In this document: positions 62,822 to 64,000 of the stretch, piece after piece | How the letters are laid out: every line of letters begins with the position of its first letter | Numbering within the stretch: the first letter of the stretch is position 1 | Source: Klebsormidium nitens | Taxonomy: Eukaryota; Plantae; Klebsormidiophyceae | Length of the DNA stretch: 64,000 nt | Assembly: GCA_000708835.1 (NCBI GenBank) | Contig: DF237300.1 | Coordinates: 32,245-96,244 of the forward strand | Direction: 5' to 3' | Notes under the pieces: model-generated | Seen by the model: the letters and a program-made list of their open reading frames with translations, nothing else | Databases searched by the model: none | Told to the model about the DNA's origin: nothing | Made by a program: the position numbers and the translations under genes

Positions 62822-63972
62822 TTACTCTCTGTTACGCCGGAACTGAGCATCCTGCCCGCCTAGAGGCGGCCTTGGTCCTTGATTCTGGTGTTGTCCGCCC
62901 CCTGCTCCCCTGCCATACGGTGGACGCCCCGCTCCCTGCTGCCCAGGACCGATGTTCTGGTAGTAGTTGGTCGCCGGATTGTAGAATTGCCCCCTGCATT
63001 ATGCATAACGAGTTTAGACCGGTTCCTCCTTTCAAGATTATCTCCGATCATAATTCCATTCTCGCTTTCTAAGTTGACTTCGAGTGTCCTCGACAGCAAC
63101 CGAAAGGTTCAGGTTGCTCACTGTCCAAGGCGGACGACAAAAGAATGCTTGGATCGATCGATCAGAACGAACTTCTTATAATCCCTTCCCTTTGCTCGTC
63201 CAAGTTGGACGAAACAAGTACCCGATTGGTCGATCGGGATCAATTCAGAGCTCTTCCTCTCGGCATACTTTGTTGTCCTCACCTTCCCCTACCAGACTTG
63301 ACTAGGTCTTCAGTTTTACGGTTGACCAAGATCGATCACAAAGCTTTACAACCGAGGTTAATTTTAGTCAGGAAATCACCTGTTCTTTTCTCTCAGCCAT
63401 TCCGGATGCTTCGCCAGGACTTCTTCTGCTTTGACCTTCTTCTCTTGGAAGCAGCGCAGGACTTCTCTTTCCACGGCCGCCACTTGAGTTGCCGTTGGGT
63501 TTTCGCCCAGCTCTCTAACTTTCTGCTGAGCGAAGGTGTTGAGATCCTCCGCTAGGTAGTTGAGCCTGATGCAGCGATTCTTTAGGAAGACACTCATGTC
63601 ACCGGCTAGTGCTAGCGTTCCTTTGTGCGCCGTTGGAGCAGCGTATATAGCTGAGTACATCTCATGCTGCGCAAAGAGTCCTCGCTTTCTGAACAGATCG
63701 ATCGCAGTCGCGTGACGTCGTAACTCTGACTCCATTGCAGCCTTGTCTGTGTTAGATCTCACAAGTTGCTCTTCTAGCGAGGCGATTCGAGACTGCACGT
63801 CTGAAGGAGTCGCCTGCCTAACCATTGGAAGAGGCTGCGCTGCCACTTTGACACTTCCCAGAAAGGGGTTTTGTGCAAACTGCTGCTCTTGCTGGCTAGG
63901 GAAGTTTTGGCGGCTGGGTCTCACGAAAGCCGGTGGTGTGACGGTTGGACGGGTTTCAACGCTGCCCGTCTG
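62822..63972 (-). CDS. Gag-like protein of the retrotransposon, spliced; 5' end outside the window
   Basis: Exon 63972-63380 (Q/P-rich start, coiled coil IASLEEQLVRSN, helical region), GT-AG intron 63379-62994, exon from 62993 (Gly/Gln/Pro/Arg-rich, RG-like), ending in TAA 62824-62822 if unspliced. Gag identity is inferred from position only. Confidence 0.65.
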
Positions 63973-64000
63973 CTAGACATGTGCGGAATCCATGCCCAGC

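Larger units (their letters stand above)
57633..64000 (-). mobile_element. DIRS/PAT-type tyrosine-recombinase retrotransposon, 5' part beyond the window
   Basis: gag-like ORF, then RT, RNase H and methyltransferase-like domains on the minus strand; tyrosine recombinase on the plus strand; two identical 102-bp repeats at the 3' end; no DDE integrase and no protease seen. Confidence 0.93.

Noticed and set aside
1-64000. Treating the six-frame ORF track as prokaryote-style genes or an operon
   Set aside because: The real coding segments are short exons bounded by GT..AG. Most listed ORFs are antisense or off-frame shadows of GC-rich exons (e.g. 2471-3001, 3588-4358, 11376-11993, 43006-43425, 60179-60595) or chance intronic ORFs.

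Overview
Intron-rich eukaryotic DNA, most likely from a streptophyte green alga (Klebsormidium-like; inferred from plant-type TFIIF and AAE13, CP12, and the flagellar gene enkurin). I rebuilt nine spliced host genes by hand from GT..AG junctions with consistent reading phase: TFIIF large subunit (+, 5' end outside the window), a GFA/CENP-V protein (-), a secreted mosaic 4x Kazal protein (-), a GT17 glycosyltransferase (+), a GT90/CAP10 glycosyltransferase (-, 5.2-kb intron), a UPF0114 membrane protein (+), enkurin (-), CP12 (+) and malonate-CoA ligase AAE13 (-). The last 6.4 kb is a DIRS/PAT-type tyrosine-recombinase retrotransposon cut by the window edge. Main observations: (1) the element appears to build Gag-Pol by splicing two introns, retention of the second gives a Gag stop, and its recombinase is antisense next to split direct repeats; (2) at about eleven splice junctions in five genes, decaying tandem copies of the exon-intron boundary repeat at mostly 105-215 bp spacing; (3) a 61-nt exon pair separated by 36 nt looks like mutually exclusive exons; (4) a 185-bp MITE has a perfect 9-bp target duplication and a second copy; (5) 13 GTAC cores sit in 189 bp upstream of the UPF0114 gene. 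All coordinates were read by eye and no database searches were run.
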